From the NCBI RefSeq assembly GCF_036321535.1, contig NC_087437.1, forward strand, positions 18,230,001 through 18,294,000: a DNA stretch of 64,000 nt, in the 5' to 3' direction. The notes beneath the pieces were generated by a model. That model was not told the DNA's origin. It saw only the letters and a list, made by a program, of their open reading frames with translations, and made no database searches. Origin of the DNA: Camelus dromedarius (taxonomy: Eukaryota). Positions 1-14,000 of this stretch are shown in pieces (position 1 is the first letter of the stretch; each line of letters opens with the position of its first letter). Made by a program: the position numbers and the translations under genes.

Positions 1-950
1 GAAGTGTATTTAAATGCACGCGTTCCTATAGTACCTGTAGAGGATCCTAGGAAACCATCTCATTATTTTGAAAGGGGAAAGGAACCCTTAGCTTCCTTAC
101 CTATATAAATTGTATCTTAAGGCAACCAGACAGTTCTATTTGGAGAATGCCTCCTTACAGACATTTTCCAGCTAGTTAATGTCAAAGAAATGATAGACTA
201 TCACAACTTTGGGAATCTCTAATCAGTAGATGGATTTAGGCAATGATCTGAGGATATATCATCAAAGCCATCACCAATACCATAAAAAGAGCAAACCAGA
301 CATATGTAGCTCCTGCTGGAAGTGCACAATGCCACCTAAGTGCCTTGTCAAAAAAGAACAGAAAAATCAAAAAAGTTGAACCTGATCAAGTATTTAGATC
401 TAACTACAAATTTACAGATAGTTCATGGGGAAGAGGAATGCTTTAAACACCATCACAGTAATACAGTCGGCAAAAGCCAGACAAGGGGGAATTCTACAAG
501 GCAAATAACCAAATTTCTTCAGCAACAAAAAAATAATATTGTGAGAGATAAAAGGGGGAGGGGGGCGAGGAAGGACAGAGTAGAGAAGAGAAATCTATGG
601 ATTAAAAAGAGACTTAAACACATACAGGAAAATAGAGGAAATGTGAACACTGAATAGATATTGGATGATGTTTTGAAAATATCACTGATTTTTGTTTTAG
701 TGTTATGGTGGTGGTGGTGGTAGTGTGGTTATTTTGAAAAGGAAGTGTATTTTAGAGAAACATGGAAATATCTGTAGATATAATGATATGATTATTCAGG
801 AGATTGGCAAGAGATTTGCAGAAAATAAGAGTCATCACGGATTGATAATTGTTAAAGCTGAGCGGTGCAGACATCACTCATTATGCATTCTAATTTTATA
901 TATACTTGAAATTCTCCATAATAAAAAGATAAAGAAAAAAGCAGCAGAGA
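1..950 (+). mobile_element. Old L1M (L1MC/ME-like) 3' region
   Basis: Degenerate L1 3'UTR motifs ending gaaattctccataataaaa plus A-rich tail. Confidence 0.6.
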
Positions 951-1254
951 AAGTTAATTACATCAACTGAGGAAAAAAATGGGCTAAGAATATGATCAGG
1001 TAATTTGTAAAAGAAAACATAAAAATAATCGGTATGAGAACAAAAAAGAATCCTACATTAGAAGAAAACTAAAACATGCAAAATCTTTAAATGGTGAGGT
1101 TTCATTTCTCACCTAGCAAGTTGTCCAAACATTTAAAGATGAACAATACCCCCTAGTGGCAAGGGAATGTGAAAGCGAGCATCTCAAACATCACATTCAA
1201 TTGGCTCAGGTTTTCTGGAGAGCGTTTAGCAATATGTAACCAAAATCCCCAGAA

Positions 1255-1520
1255 GGACACAGTAAGGAGCCAGGGCTCCAAGTCCCGCTGGCCAGGTCAG
1301 ATCCCAGATGTACCACTTATAAGAGACAGGACTCAAAGCAAGTTTCTTAACTGCTCTGTCTCAGCTCCTAGTCCTAAAATGACTGAATTAGGAGCACCAC
1401 TTCAGAGTTGCTGTGAGTTTCAGTCAGCGAATGTCCGTGAGAGACTTGGACCCGTGCCTGGCACAGAGTGCTGGCTTTCATTACGATGTTGGTCCAACAA
1501 CCTCACTTCTAAGTACTAAG
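1255..1520 (+). mobile_element. MIR SINE
   Basis: MIR core: caagtttcttaactgctctgtctcag...aaaatg...gtgcctggcacagag. Confidence 0.65.
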
Positions 1521-1919
1521 GAAAACTTAATCAAGTGCACAAAGATGTATATACACATTTATCATTCCATGATTTATCAAAAACCCAAAGTGGAAATGCC
1601 TGGTTAAATAAATTTTTGTAATCTTTACCTTGTAATACTATATGGCCAATAAATACAATTGTGTGAAACAAATGTACTGATGGAGGGATGTTTATAATTA
1701 TTTTCAAGAGGGAAAATCAAGCTAGGGAAGAATAAATATAGTTGAACCCTAGGAAGGAGACATGTATTTTTTTTAATCAGTGCATGTATACCTAGTAATT
1801 GACTCTGGATTTGGGGGTTATTCAAATTTATTTTTCTTTTTGATTATCTGTGTTTTCTAATTCTTCTACATCAATTTCATTGCTTGGACACTTTTTAAAC
1901 AATTTAATATGCTACATGT

Positions 1920-2402
1920 TGTGATGGTTAATTTTATGTGTCAACTTGCCTAGGCTAAGTGATGCTCAGGTAGCTAGTAAAACCTTATTTCTGGATGTCT
2001 CTCAGGATGCTTTGGGAAGAGACTGGCATTTGAATCAGGAGACTGAGGGAAGAAAATCCACCCTCGTCAGCAAGGCTGGGCATCATCCAATCCACTGAGG
2101 ACCCAAAGAGAGCACAAAGGCAGAAGGGGGAAGAAGGACTATATAGCTATGCCTTCCTGAGCTGAGACATCCATCTTCTCCTGCCCTTGGACGTTGGAGC
2201 TCCTGGTTCCCGGGACTTCAGACTCTATGACTGACAGCAGTGGCTTTCCCAGTTCTCCAGCCTGCAGACAGCAGATCATGGGACTTCTGGGCCCCCATAA
2301 TTACATGAGCCAATTCCTATCATAAATTTCCTCTTATCTGTATTTATGTCTGTATCTGCATCTATGTCCTATTGTTTGTTTCTCTGGAGAACCCTGATAC
2401 AC
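1920..2402 (+). mobile_element. MLT2-like (ERVL) LTR
   Basis: Starts tgtgatggttaattttatgtgtcaacttg; ends tctctggagaaccctgataca. Confidence 0.8.
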
Positions 2403-4206
2403 CTATGTTCCAAAGTTCTTATAAACCTTGCCCCCCAAAATGTAAATGTATTTGAAAGTGGGGAGAGGTAAACAGCATAGAAATGCAAAACTAATGCTTC
2501 AGTCTCCAAAGTAGATGGAAAAACAGATCTGGAAATATAGAACTTAATACTGAACATTCAGGAACAGTCATTCTCATGGACGAGTATCACCAGCGTGTTT
2601 GTGCTCGTGCAAAACACATGTGCACTCATGTCTATTTCACTCGGGTGCCCCTGAAAGCAGAGCCTGAGGCAAGGACTTGGGTCCAGGTTAATCTGTTTCA
2701 GAGGTGATCCCAAGAAGCAGAAGTGAAAGAGTGAGAAAAATGAAACAGGAGGGGGAAAGGCCAATTAAAGGGGGAGTTAATAAATTGTAACTGCTGGAGG
2801 CAACCGGATTCACTCCCGCGGGGGACTCTCTGAGAAACTAGGGAATAAACCTCAGAATGGTCCCACCAAAGCACAGGGAGCCTGGGGCAATTACTCACCA
2901 ACTCCCACCCCGCCTTGGGTGTGGGCTGCCCTGGTGAGGTCAGCTCTCTGGCACTTTCAGGTTGTACCTGCAAGTAGCCTGTGCAACCTCCCACAGGGTC
3001 AGAGACAACCCTGAGGCCAAAAAGCAGAACCTCCAGGGTGTACATGTGATATGGGGGGCTAGCATCAGCAGTGTGCTCAGAACTGTGGAAAACCAGAATG
3101 TGGCAAGAAACCCCACAAGCATCTTTTTAACCTCCCTTGCCCGAAGTTTGTCACTTGGAAAACATAATTTTGTTGGCAGAATCCCGAGAGGAATGAACCC
3201 CCAGCAGCACTCCCCACTCACTGCCCCTCCCTCCCCACACTGCCCGTGGTTGTGACTTGGTTGTTCAAAAGGTATGAGATACACAAAGGGAATTCATCCC
3301 TGAACAGCCAGGACTGGGCCGGCCCTACTTCTCACAGAAGGCCCTTCATAGACAGTGCTCTAGCTTCACTGAAACACCTGATACCATGATATCCCCAAGC
3401 CTCCACCTATCAGATCCCCTTTGCATTGCCTTTCCTCCCTCACTTCCACTGGTTCCTCCTGCTAGACCTTCAGGGCTTAGCCCAGGTATCGGGACCACCC
3501 AGGGAGGAAAAGAAGCCTGGATGAAGGACTGGGGACAGGCAGAGACCCGAGGTAGTGGAGAGAGATAGATGAAGCAAGAATGGCCACGAGTTGAGTTGGT
3601 AACAGTTGAAGTTGGGTGTTGGGACATGGGTTCATCACTCAATTCCCTCTATTTGTGGGGCCTGGAGGCACACAGCTGGGTCTCCCTTTAAGGAAAAAAA
3701 AATCGCACTTCAACTAGGCCTCACTTTCCTGGGCTGCCCCAACCAATGGCCAAGCAGGGTAGGGGCACGAAGTCCTGGCCATTTCTGCCCATCTCTGGAG
3801 CTCCCACTGGGTTGGCAGAGATGTCAACCGTGGTGGCCTGGGACTCTCCCTACCCATCAGGCTCCCTGCTCTCTCTCTTCTCGGAGGTCAGACCTGCATT
3901 GCGCCTGAGGGCTTCCCCTGCTGATCAGGCTTCCTCCCTCAACTTTCACAGGCAAGACTCCCCAACCAACCACCTGCATCCTAACTCTATCTCAGCGACT
4001 ACATCCCAAAGGCCCTAAACCCACACGGTGGAGATACAGACGGCTCCAGACCCTGCTGAAGCTCCCAAACAATGAAGAAATACCAGAGGGTGATAAACAT
4101 CATGCTGTATTTAAATGTTCACATATAATAAACTAATGCTTTTTACATTTAAAAAAACACAGTGTTTATATACATATAAACCTAATTTTAGAAATCATAT
4201 CAAAAA

Positions 4207-4212
4207 TTTAAT
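4207..4212 (-). terminator. DZIP1L: Candidate DZIP1L polyadenylation signal (ATTAAA)
   Basis: tttaat on + at 4207-4212, about 670 nt past the stop, at the start of an AT-rich block whose minus strand is U/GU-rich downstream. Confidence 0.5.
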
Positions 4213-4883
4213 TTGTGGTCCTTTGGGGATATGAGGCCCCAGCCAAGTAGCCTCCTTCCCTCTCCACCATGAGCAAGCCTGGCCAGACATCAGCTCTGGG
4301 AGCTCTTCAAGGTCTCCTCCCGCTGCACTGGGAGGCTCCGTCTATGTCCCCGTAACATCCTAATCTCTGTCACTAGATCACGACCCCGTCCTCTCTGCCG
4401 CCCACCTCTGCCTGCACCCCAACTAGGCAGTGAGAGGACCTCAGTGAATGGCTTTGGATCAGTCACTGAATGATTGGAATGACTGACTGAGGCATAAGTT
4501 CCAAAAAGGACCCCATAAAAGATCCATCCCCACCATGTTCCTTCAGGTTTACAAAACGCTCCGGAGTAAAGACCAAGTGTCTCCTCTGCCTGGAGTGAAT
4601 GTGGAGGTGAAGGAAGGATCCTGCTCTGAGGTCCTGTTACAGCTCCTTCTCCAGCCCTGGAACCTGGGTGCACACCAGACACCCGTGGCGCTCAGGCAGG
4701 GCCCCTCACAGGAGGCAGGAGACAACACATCCGTCTTCTGCTCTGCTTCTCTCCAAGGCAGAAGACTTCCTGGGTACTGGCGAAGGCAAGAGGCCCAGCA
4801 GCCCCATCTGTTGGGGTGGGCCCTGAGCCGGTCCCAGCTAGGCAACAAGGTCGGTCCTCTGGCCGCCAGGCTCCCGGGCAGGG

Positions 4884-5039
4884 TCACCAGCCAGGGACCC
4901 TCGGTTGACCAGGGCTCCAAGAGCTAGCACCAAACTCCTCTGGGAGCTTTGACAGGGGCTTCGGTTTCTCTCTCTGGTTCAGGTCCTGGGGGAGATCTTC
5001 CAAGGAAGAGATCTCCAAGTCACTGTCATCTTCAGAAAG
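4884..5039 (-). CDS. DZIP1L: DZIP1L exon 16, coding part (last exon)
   Basis: ttcctccctgcag|CTTTCTGAAGATGAC...[54 protein letters not shown]. Confidence 0.96.
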   Translation of the reverse strand, partial: LSEDDSDLEISSLEDLPQDLNQREKPKPLSKLPEEFGASSWSPGQPRVPGW

Positions 5040-8000
5040 CTGCAGGGAGGAAAGGGGGAAACGAAAATGCATCTGACAAGGGAGGATGGTCACTCTGGTT
5101 GGACATGGGGACAAAACGCAGATTTGGAAGAAAGCAGTTAGGGGGCCGCTACTCCTCCTGCCCTCGTTTCCCTTTGAGAATCTGCTTCCGAGGCCTGGGG
5201 TCAGAGAGATGTCAAACACCCCTGACATTCCACTGGCCAAATCAACGCAAGCTCCTCGGGAGGGCCGAGAGCAGATCATGTGGCTCTGGCTATAACTTAA
5301 ACTTTGTCCAGATTTTTTAACTCCCTACATTGGTGGATCTGGAAGCCCAGAGCCTCCACTTCTCCGAATTCCCGAGCTGAATGCACCCACCCCACCTGCC
5401 ACAGACTGCTTCTCCAGGGCCTGGGAAACACTCTGACCACAGAAGCAGGAGGGGAACTGCCGATTGCCAGAAATCCTTCTGCCTGGAGAGGGTCTGGGCT
5501 GCACCAACAGGGAAGCCACCCAAGCTGTCCCTGAAACCACGGGCACCCTTCCAGAGCGCTCAGTGCCCCTGCTGCCACAAGAGGCCCAGGCCACCTGGGC
5601 TTTCATACACACAACCTACGGTTTTCCCCTGGAACATAAGGCCAGTCAGTCAGAAACCACCAGGGCCTGGGGTGGCCAGCACTCTCTGAGCAGGGCCTCA
5701 ACCTGCTTAGGGCTGCCGGGGCTCTTTCACATATGGGAAAAGGGATGAATAATTTTTAAAAAGAGTATTTGGGCTCATTACTCACAAGTACACATGAGCT
5801 GCATAACAAACCAAACACATCATGGAGTAAAAGGTGTTGGAGGAGAGACTGTCCACTATTTCTGAATTTTAGGGCCATAGCATAGGTCATCCCAGGAGGT
5901 GCCTTTTTGATTGAGAAAGGACTGGAAAGTAGCAAGAGCTCTAAATGTTTCTGCCTAAGAAAGTAACAGGAATATGGAAGTTACCCCGATGGGGGTCGGG
6001 GCAGTGAGGAGGATATCCTAACCGTCATGGCCTGGGAGGCTGAGCATCTGGGCCCTAAATCTGACGGTGGTTAGAGACTGAGAAAGGCAAGGCCATCGAG
6101 ACATTTTTAGTGATGAGGAGTGGCCTTGAATACGTAGAACAAAGGGGTCTGGATATCCCCACCGTGCGCTGTGTCCTACTCTGACGTGCTGTGTGATGCC
6201 ACTCCAGCACCCCGCCCTTGTGGAGAACTCTGCTCGCCTGCAGCTTGGCGCTGGGGTCCTGGGCTCCATCAGAGGCAGAAGTGGGAGCTCAAATGGCCAA
6301 AAAAAACAGCCCACTGAGCAGTTGTTTGTATAATGAATCACAAGGCTTTTTAATGTTAACAAGGACACAAACAAGCAGCATTGGAAAGTGGCCCTCCTCC
6401 ACCAGGACAGAGGCAGAGGAGGCAGCGAGGTCACCTGCAAATGTCACTCTAGGGCCAAGGCGGACACTTGCTGGACCCTTCCCCAGCCCCCACCCCTGGG
6501 CCCTCGAACTCAGAGCTGGCTCTGGAGGAAACTGCAGGGCAGCCTCCAAGGTCCCCCATCCTACCTGAGGCTTCCCTCCTGGTGCGGCATCCCTCTGTGG
6601 CCCAGCGCCGGGCATTAAGAACAGACTGACCCCTCCAGCAGGCTTCTTGGCGGGTGCCTCCAGCTGCTTCTCGAGGTTTTTGACCAGTGACTGCACCAGT
6701 GTTCCTGGAAGGCGAGCAGAGGGAAAAGCACGGAATACGAATGCGTCATCCTTATGGGTCATGTCCAGGCTCTGGTGTGCAGGAGGGGAGAGCGGAGAGG
6801 GGTCAGAAGGAAGTGAGAAGAGCACTGCAAAAAAGAGGGGCAAAAAAGAGAGAGGGCCCAGGCCAATGTGTGCTGGGACAAGAGGGTTTGAATGTCCTGA
6901 AAGTGTCCTATGCACTTAAAGACACGGCTGGGGACGGAGGCTTAGGAAGGGGCCCTTCCCTCTCAACCAGAGGCTGGGCAGGAACCCCTGCTCAGTTGGT
7001 AAATGAACTACAAGACTAATGTGCAGTTCCTCCTTCAACGTCTTCACGGAGAAACAAAGATCATAAATATAAATTAGCACAGAAGGTCTGAGGGCTGGAC
7101 ACGCTTTGCGTGAACTCTGTGCAGGAATGGGGCTGGACAGTGAACTACTTTATCAATGGGCTCCTGGTGACACGGTAAAGCAAGGTGGATGTCCAGACCA
7201 CGGGACTGGCCAAGGATAGGGAGCTGGCACTATTTATAATAGCCACGACATGGAAACAACCTAAATGTCCATCGACAGATGACTGGATGAAGAAGTTGTG
7301 GTATATTTATACAATGAAATACTTCTCAGCCATAAAAAAGAATAAATTAACGCCATTTGCAGCAACATGGATGGACCTGGAGATCATCATTCTAAGTGAA
7401 GTAAGCCAGAAAGAGAAAGAAAAATACCATATGATACCACTCCTATGTGGAATCTTAAAAAAAATAAAATAAAAAGACACAAATGAACTTACTTACAGAA
7501 CAGAAACAGACTCACAGACATAGAGAACAGACTCATGGTTACCAGTGGAGTAAAGGGGGAGGGAAGGGATAAATCGGGAGTTTGAAATTTGCACCTCTTG
7601 GGGAGTGATGGAAATGCTAGCATTCTTGATTGTGGCAGTGGTTTCAGAGGTGTATGCATCTATCAAAATTCATCAAATTGTACATCTGAAATATGTGTAG
7701 TTTACAGAAATTATACCACAATAAAGTTGTTTTTTAAAAAAAAAAGAAGTGGGAAGCTAGCCGAGGCCTTCCAGGATTCAAACGCCTGAGGCGGGAGCAG
7801 ACGCCTGGAGCAACAACAGCCCTCGGCGGGCCGACCAAAAACTGTTGGTTAAGGGCCTGCTCTATTCAGGCACTTCACTCCTCACCCCTCATGACTCATC
7901 AGGCCAGATGCCTCATTTTACAACAGAGGAACCGAAACCCCTCACACAAGCACATGCACGTCGCCAGCCACAGAGCCCGGGCTGTGTCCAAGGACTCCTG

Positions 8001-11000
8001 CCTCCTGGCTCCTAGACGTTTCCACCCTATCACCCCGCCTGCCAGGTGGTCACTCCTTCTCCAGAGATCTGCTTCTGGGGGTTTCTGATGGACTGGCGGC
8101 CCAGAGCGCACTGTACCGGGACACAGTGCTGCAGGATCCACGCGGACCGTGGACTTGGCGGGCTGCACGAGCCTGGGCTACTCAGTGCTCACGCCTCCTC
8201 ATTTTGGAAAGATATCACTCTCAAGTTCCACATTCTTTAAGTCTTAACTCGAAAATGCAACTGAAACCAGGATCTTGCAGGCCTCGTTAATAATTTTATA
8301 AGAAAACCTTCCTCACCTGAGGAAGCCAGCCCACCTGAGCCCTTACCAGAGGAGTGGGTGTTCCCCTTCGAGGTCTCAGTGTCAGACCAGTCCCAGTCAT
8401 CCTGGGGCCAGGGCCTCATCCTCGAAGGATGTCTCGGAGGCGGGAGAGACCCACGCGGCCTGGAATCTCCCTCTGAGTCCTCTTCAGAACTGAAAGGGGG
8501 CGTGCTGCTGGGGAGGAGAAGACATGCAGAATGCGTGGGTCGGAAGGAAAATGTTAAAAGCCATACCTGCCCACTGGCAAGCTTGCCTGCTTCGCCCAGA
8601 GCCAGCCTTGCTCCCTCCCTGGGGTCCAGATGCCAGTCAGGAGTCACCTGGAGAGCAGCCGCCCCTCCAGCTCCTTCCAGGGTGGCTACTGGGGCTTGGG
8701 GACAAGTGCGCAAGGGGAGGGTAGATGTGTCCTGGCTGGGAGCGGAGGACCTTGGGCTCTTCTTGGGAGTTTGGGCTGGGCCCGCCTGAGCTCCCCTTTC
8801 ACTTCTGTCTGCCCCTCACCTGTCCATAGAAGCCTGCGGGCCTAGGACAGGGCTGCCTGAGGCGGGAGCCACGCCATAGGTCCGGTGAGAGAATGCAGAG
8901 CCCAGGACTCACCTCAGCCTGGACCCGGGGGCAGCCAGGGTGCCTGAGGGTCTGGAGCGTGGAGCAGGGGTGGGCCTCCCAGGGGGTGTCACAGGTGGCT
9001 CTGCCAGCTTGGATGCCACACGCAGGGTGCTGAACTCTGGCTGGGCCTTTTTGGTGACCAGTGGGCTCTCCTGGCTTTTGACTAGAAACACAGATAAGAA
9101 CGAGATTCAGGGCATACCCTTATGGGCCATCATGCCTGAGAGGATGCAGAAGGAGGCTCCGAGATGCCGGAGATGGACCCTTCACTCTGTTGCAGGGCTA
9201 CTGTCATCACCACAGCAGACTGAATCGTCTCCCCCACCTCGGGCGTCCCACTGCTGCACAGACCTACGGCTGGCACTTGAGGTTTCACCAGAGACCAGGA
9301 GAACAGCTGGTGTCCCGCGGTCACGTCCAGGATGCAGCAGGTCTGAGGAAGGGCCCGGCCTGTCTGCAGCTCACCCCGACACTGTCCTAGAAGCGGACCT
9401 GGCAGAGGCCACCCACCCTCTCTTCTCACCCCACCTGCAGCGGCTGGAGTGCAGGCAGCCTTGCAGGAAGGCCTGGCTGCCACCAGAGGTCGTCGCAGGA
9501 CCACCTGGACCATCAAGATCCCCACACACCATCCTCCCTGACCTCCACGTGTCGCAGAAGCGTTTAAGGCAGACAATTAGACACTGCCACTTCATTCCAA
9601 ATCACAAGAAGACCCGGCGGGGGGAGAGGAATCCAGGATCAGCAATTTTTTACGGAAAGAGGAGACAGAAGAGGAGAGAAAGTGCATCACAGGGAGTCCA
9701 GGTAAGTACTGTCTCACGAAACTCTTACACCTGTGGACTGTGTAAAATGCACTTCTTACTGTAGCTCAAAATCAAAAACATTTGAAATGCATGGCTTTCA
9801 GAGAATGCACAGACACAGAAGTGGGCCTTCCAGGGAAGGGCGGGTGAGCTTGCTGAGGGACAATAACAATAGTAGCTACAATCACTGTGCACAGACCAAG
9901 CTAAGTACCTTGCACACAATATCCACTGAGCCCCAGACAGGCTTCCAGAGATTCGGGAACTTGCTCAAGACCCACGATTCCATGGAAGTAAGTGGTAGAT
10001 GCAAACCCAGGTTTTCCACCACCCAAATCTAAGACTCTTGACTTCACTACATCCCACAGCTTTGCCCCAAACAAAAGAGGCATAGTCTGAGTGGAGACGG
10101 GAGGTGAGCATTCGCACAGCACTCGTGGGGCCTAGAAAGAGAGCATGGGGGCGCAGAGCTGGAAAGAGGCCTACGAGATGCTGAGGGAACACAGTGCTGG
10201 CTCACGTGATGGGCCCCAGAGACAGCAGGACCCAAGGCCAGGGAAGGGGAGACAGACAAGGGGGGCGGCTCCCACTCCAGGCTTTGGGTCCACAGAAGCA
10301 GGGCTGGAGGGGAGGGTGGCACCTGCAAGAACAGGAAACCTTTCTCTTCTCCTTGAAACCAGGGCTCAGAGGGGGTTTCCATTCATCTTCCCTGGGTGCC
10401 CATCCCTGTCCTCTGAGCTCCCACCACCCTGTGCTGGGCCCCATTGCATCACCTAGTCCTGGCTGGTTTCCAGCTGAGGTGGGGCTCCGGCACAGATCAA
10501 CCTCAGGAAGCACTACACCAAATTAACCGAATGTAGGATGGATGACCATCAAGGTAGAGGGCTCTGTGAAAGGCAGGTTAGCAACCAAGACAACACCCTT
10601 CTGTCTGCGAATTCTGTGCAAGACTAAAAACTGTCCTTTCCTTAGCAATTTTTAAGACCAGATGTTTAAACTAAATAGGACAGAGTTTTCCAGATCACTG
10701 ACACAATTTTTGCCACATTCTCATACCAACTGTCCTGTTCTCCATTTAACAATTTTACATAAAATGACACCACTCTGAAACATGAAACTCATTTTATACT
10801 TATCCAAGTAATCATTTCCATGAGTTAGTAATATTTCTCCAATGCACATGAAAAAAAGATTAAATCTTAAAATTATTATTTCATGTACCAACTCAAATCA
10901 TCTCTCGTATCTCCAGAGACGTGTGGCCCACACCCTGGAAATATTTCTTTGTGTCCAGAGCTCAGGTTGGATCTGCCTGGACTCGAGGGCATAACAGAAG

Positions 11001-14000
11001 TGGCCTCCCTCTGGCTGCCTGTGTCAGTGACGGAGGAGGAGATGAAGTGAGAGGAGCTAGGACAACACCCTGCATGAGGATCTGGGAACCTGCTAGAGAC
11101 AGGGGGCTCCAGAACAAAAGAGTACAATTCCCTGGCTCCCTATGTTCCTTGAGGACAGAGACTGGAGGGTCCTCGCCCACACACTTTAATCTTCTATGAG
11201 AACCACAGGGCCTTTCCTTGTCACAACCCCCAGGGACAAAGCAGCGGCTGAACCCAGCCCAGGGAACAAGTCTGAGCCCTGAGGATTTGTCCGCCTACAG
11301 AGTTGGCCCAGCCTCCCACATCCGCCCACTGCACCAAGCAGAGAATTCATCTGACCGAGCCGAGCCTCCACCTGCAGCCCCTGCCCTGACAGCCCGTATA
11401 TACACTCAGAAACGGTATGGGCTGCTCTCTGTTGAAGCAAAGTTCAACTTGTGGTCCATGCCAGTAAAGCAGTGCCGAGCTAAGTGAGGCGGTGCGCCTG
11501 CACAGGGACAGTTTGAGGCTGACCACAGCTCTGACCCTGGCTCTCCTCCTCTTCCCTGAGGAACCCAGGTACCCACCGCACCCCCAGACTCTGCTTCGTC
11601 AACAGAGGACTTTTGGACTCAGCCACCTGTGAGGACCCTATCATCTGGCCCTTCAGAGCACCACCCCGATGGGGACAGGGATTATGCCCCACCTGTGTGC
11701 AAACAAGCCCATACCCTCCTGGGTCACAGCCCAGAGAAGCCTTCTTGCCAGCTCACCTGGAGCCTCGCTGTCTGGCTGGGACACTGGGGCCTCATTCCTT
11801 TGTCTCTCCTTCAGTCTGCTGGTGGCTTTTTGGATGAGCTTCTTCCTCAGATTCAGAAATTCTGAAAACTTCCCCACCTTCTGCTTCCGCTGGGTTTGCA
11901 GGAGGGAATCCACGTGTCTGAAGGTCTGAGCAGGGATTCCCTTTGCATCCTGGAAGACAGAGAGGTTCCCTTTGGAGACGGAAACCTCTTGTCCCATCCT
12001 TGTCCTTTCCTAAGCCTCTCAAACTTGCTGCTGGCCTGGAAGTCACCATGATCAGTGCCGGTGCTTCTGGGAGAGGATGAACTGAGCATCAAAGACAGGC
12101 AAGCAGGCTGCTGAAGGCATGGTGGGCAAAGGCTTGGGAGCCCCCAACAAAGCGCACACAGCAGGACAATGCAGAGGGGTTGAGCACAGTTCCATCAACA
12201 GCAAGCAAACAGGCTTGACAGGCCATGCCTTTGACCACTGGACTGAATCCTATGGTGGGAGACCACAGCTTGCTCTTTCTGGCACCCCAGGCACTATCAT
12301 TATGCCAGACACGTTGTCCGCTGTAGCTAACAATGTTTGAAAACATCGACTGCAAAAAACCAAAGCCAGGCACCCTTCCAGGAGCTATTATAAGTTGCTT
12401 GGGCTTTTGACACCCACTCAGAGTCCATGAGGAATCATTCAAGGTTCGAAAGAATGTTCTAATCAAGTCTGGACATGGGGCCAAAGTTAGACTGAACAGC
12501 AGTTAAGAACAGTCAATGATGAGTGAGCATCCTTGCTAAATTAAACCTAGGTGTCTTTTTTTTTTTCTCTAATCTTACTCTATACACATAGTATTTTTGA
12601 TGATGTGCTGCTCGGCTGCTTTGTTAACAAGGTTTTTTTTTTAATAATTGATTTCATTAATGCCGTTAATGATAACATGCATACTCTGATTAAACACAAG
12701 CAAGAGAGAACAAAGGTATTCAAATACTAATCTGTACCAGACAGAGCTTTCAGAGTCTGCTCCACCCACAGCCACCTGAGTGGGCGTGGCCACGTGTGCC
12801 ACAAATGATGGGCACTTCACCCAAGGGACCCCGGCAAAGGCCAGATTGAGCCAATTCAATTCCCTATGTCACACATACATGTATCACTTTGCTGTACACC
12901 TGAAGCTAAAACAACATTGTAAATCAACTACACTTCAATTAAAAAAAAAATTTTTTTGCACACTTGATGCCTTTGAAACACTTAGAAAAAGCTTGTATTA
13001 TGAATTTTAGATTTGCTGTGGCTTCAAAGCAATACAAACCACGCTAGTATTGCATTTTGAATTATCTTAAAACTGCTGAATTTGCAGGCACTTCCAGTTT
13101 GCTTTTTAAAAAGTTAAAAATTTATTTTGCTGTTTATTTTGTTCTCAATAAATACTAAGTTTTTCACTGATTAAAAAAAATTCCTCCTGTCAAAAGAGAG
13201 ACACAGAAGAACGTAGCCAGTGAGTGGAGTGCATGGAGCGGTCAGGACACAGGCATCTCAGGAAGCCACTAGAGGAAACAGAAGAGACCACACTCTCAGC
13301 TGGGCAGGCTGACATTCTCAGATACCAAAGGCGTCCCAATTGGAACAAATAAGATGAGTAAGCTTACGATGTAAAGGACAAGTACCCCTTGTTGGTTTAA
13401 GAGATTGGTAGGTACCAGCCCTGCCACAGCGGCCCCGGAACTCACTCTCTTTATCCCCATGGTTTCCAGCTTCTCCTGCAGGGTATCCTCCAGGACTGGG
13501 CTTAACTGCTTCTGCAAGATGGACTTTTGCCTGGGGGCTGCTGGCACCTTCTGCTGTCCACTGCAGGAGTCCCTCAGCTCTGCAGCACAAGACAATCACC
13601 AGGTCAGCCTGGGACCCCGAAACCTCCACTCCCAAAGCCCCACTGCACCCAGCTGGCCCTCACTTGGCCAGGGATTCTGGTCTCCAGCCTGTGCACCCAG
13701 GGCCACAGACCCCACCTGATGTCCATCCCCAGGTCGTTCTCCTCCTGGGAACCACTGCAGCAGACCCTCCATCCACCATCAGGATTCTCATTTCCTGCAG
13801 GTCTGGACCTCCAAGGTCCGGCTCAGTCCTGTCCCAGCTTAACTCAGAGCTTTCAGGCTTCTGACTCACACTTGGACCCTGAGAGCAGTTTGCTCCCTGG
13901 GTTCCATTCTCCACCCCACTACGAACCAGTCTGAGATATAACTGACATACAGCACTGTGTAAGTTTAATTATGCAGCACTGTGCAGCTTACACGCATGAC

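Noticed and set aside
4127..4132. AATAAA as the DZIP1L poly(A) signal
   Set aside because: It is on the + strand, opposite to DZIP1L; no + strand gene ending here is supported.
6289..6915. 208-aa ORF
   Set aside because: Only 6565-6704 is coding (exon 15); the flanks are intronic.
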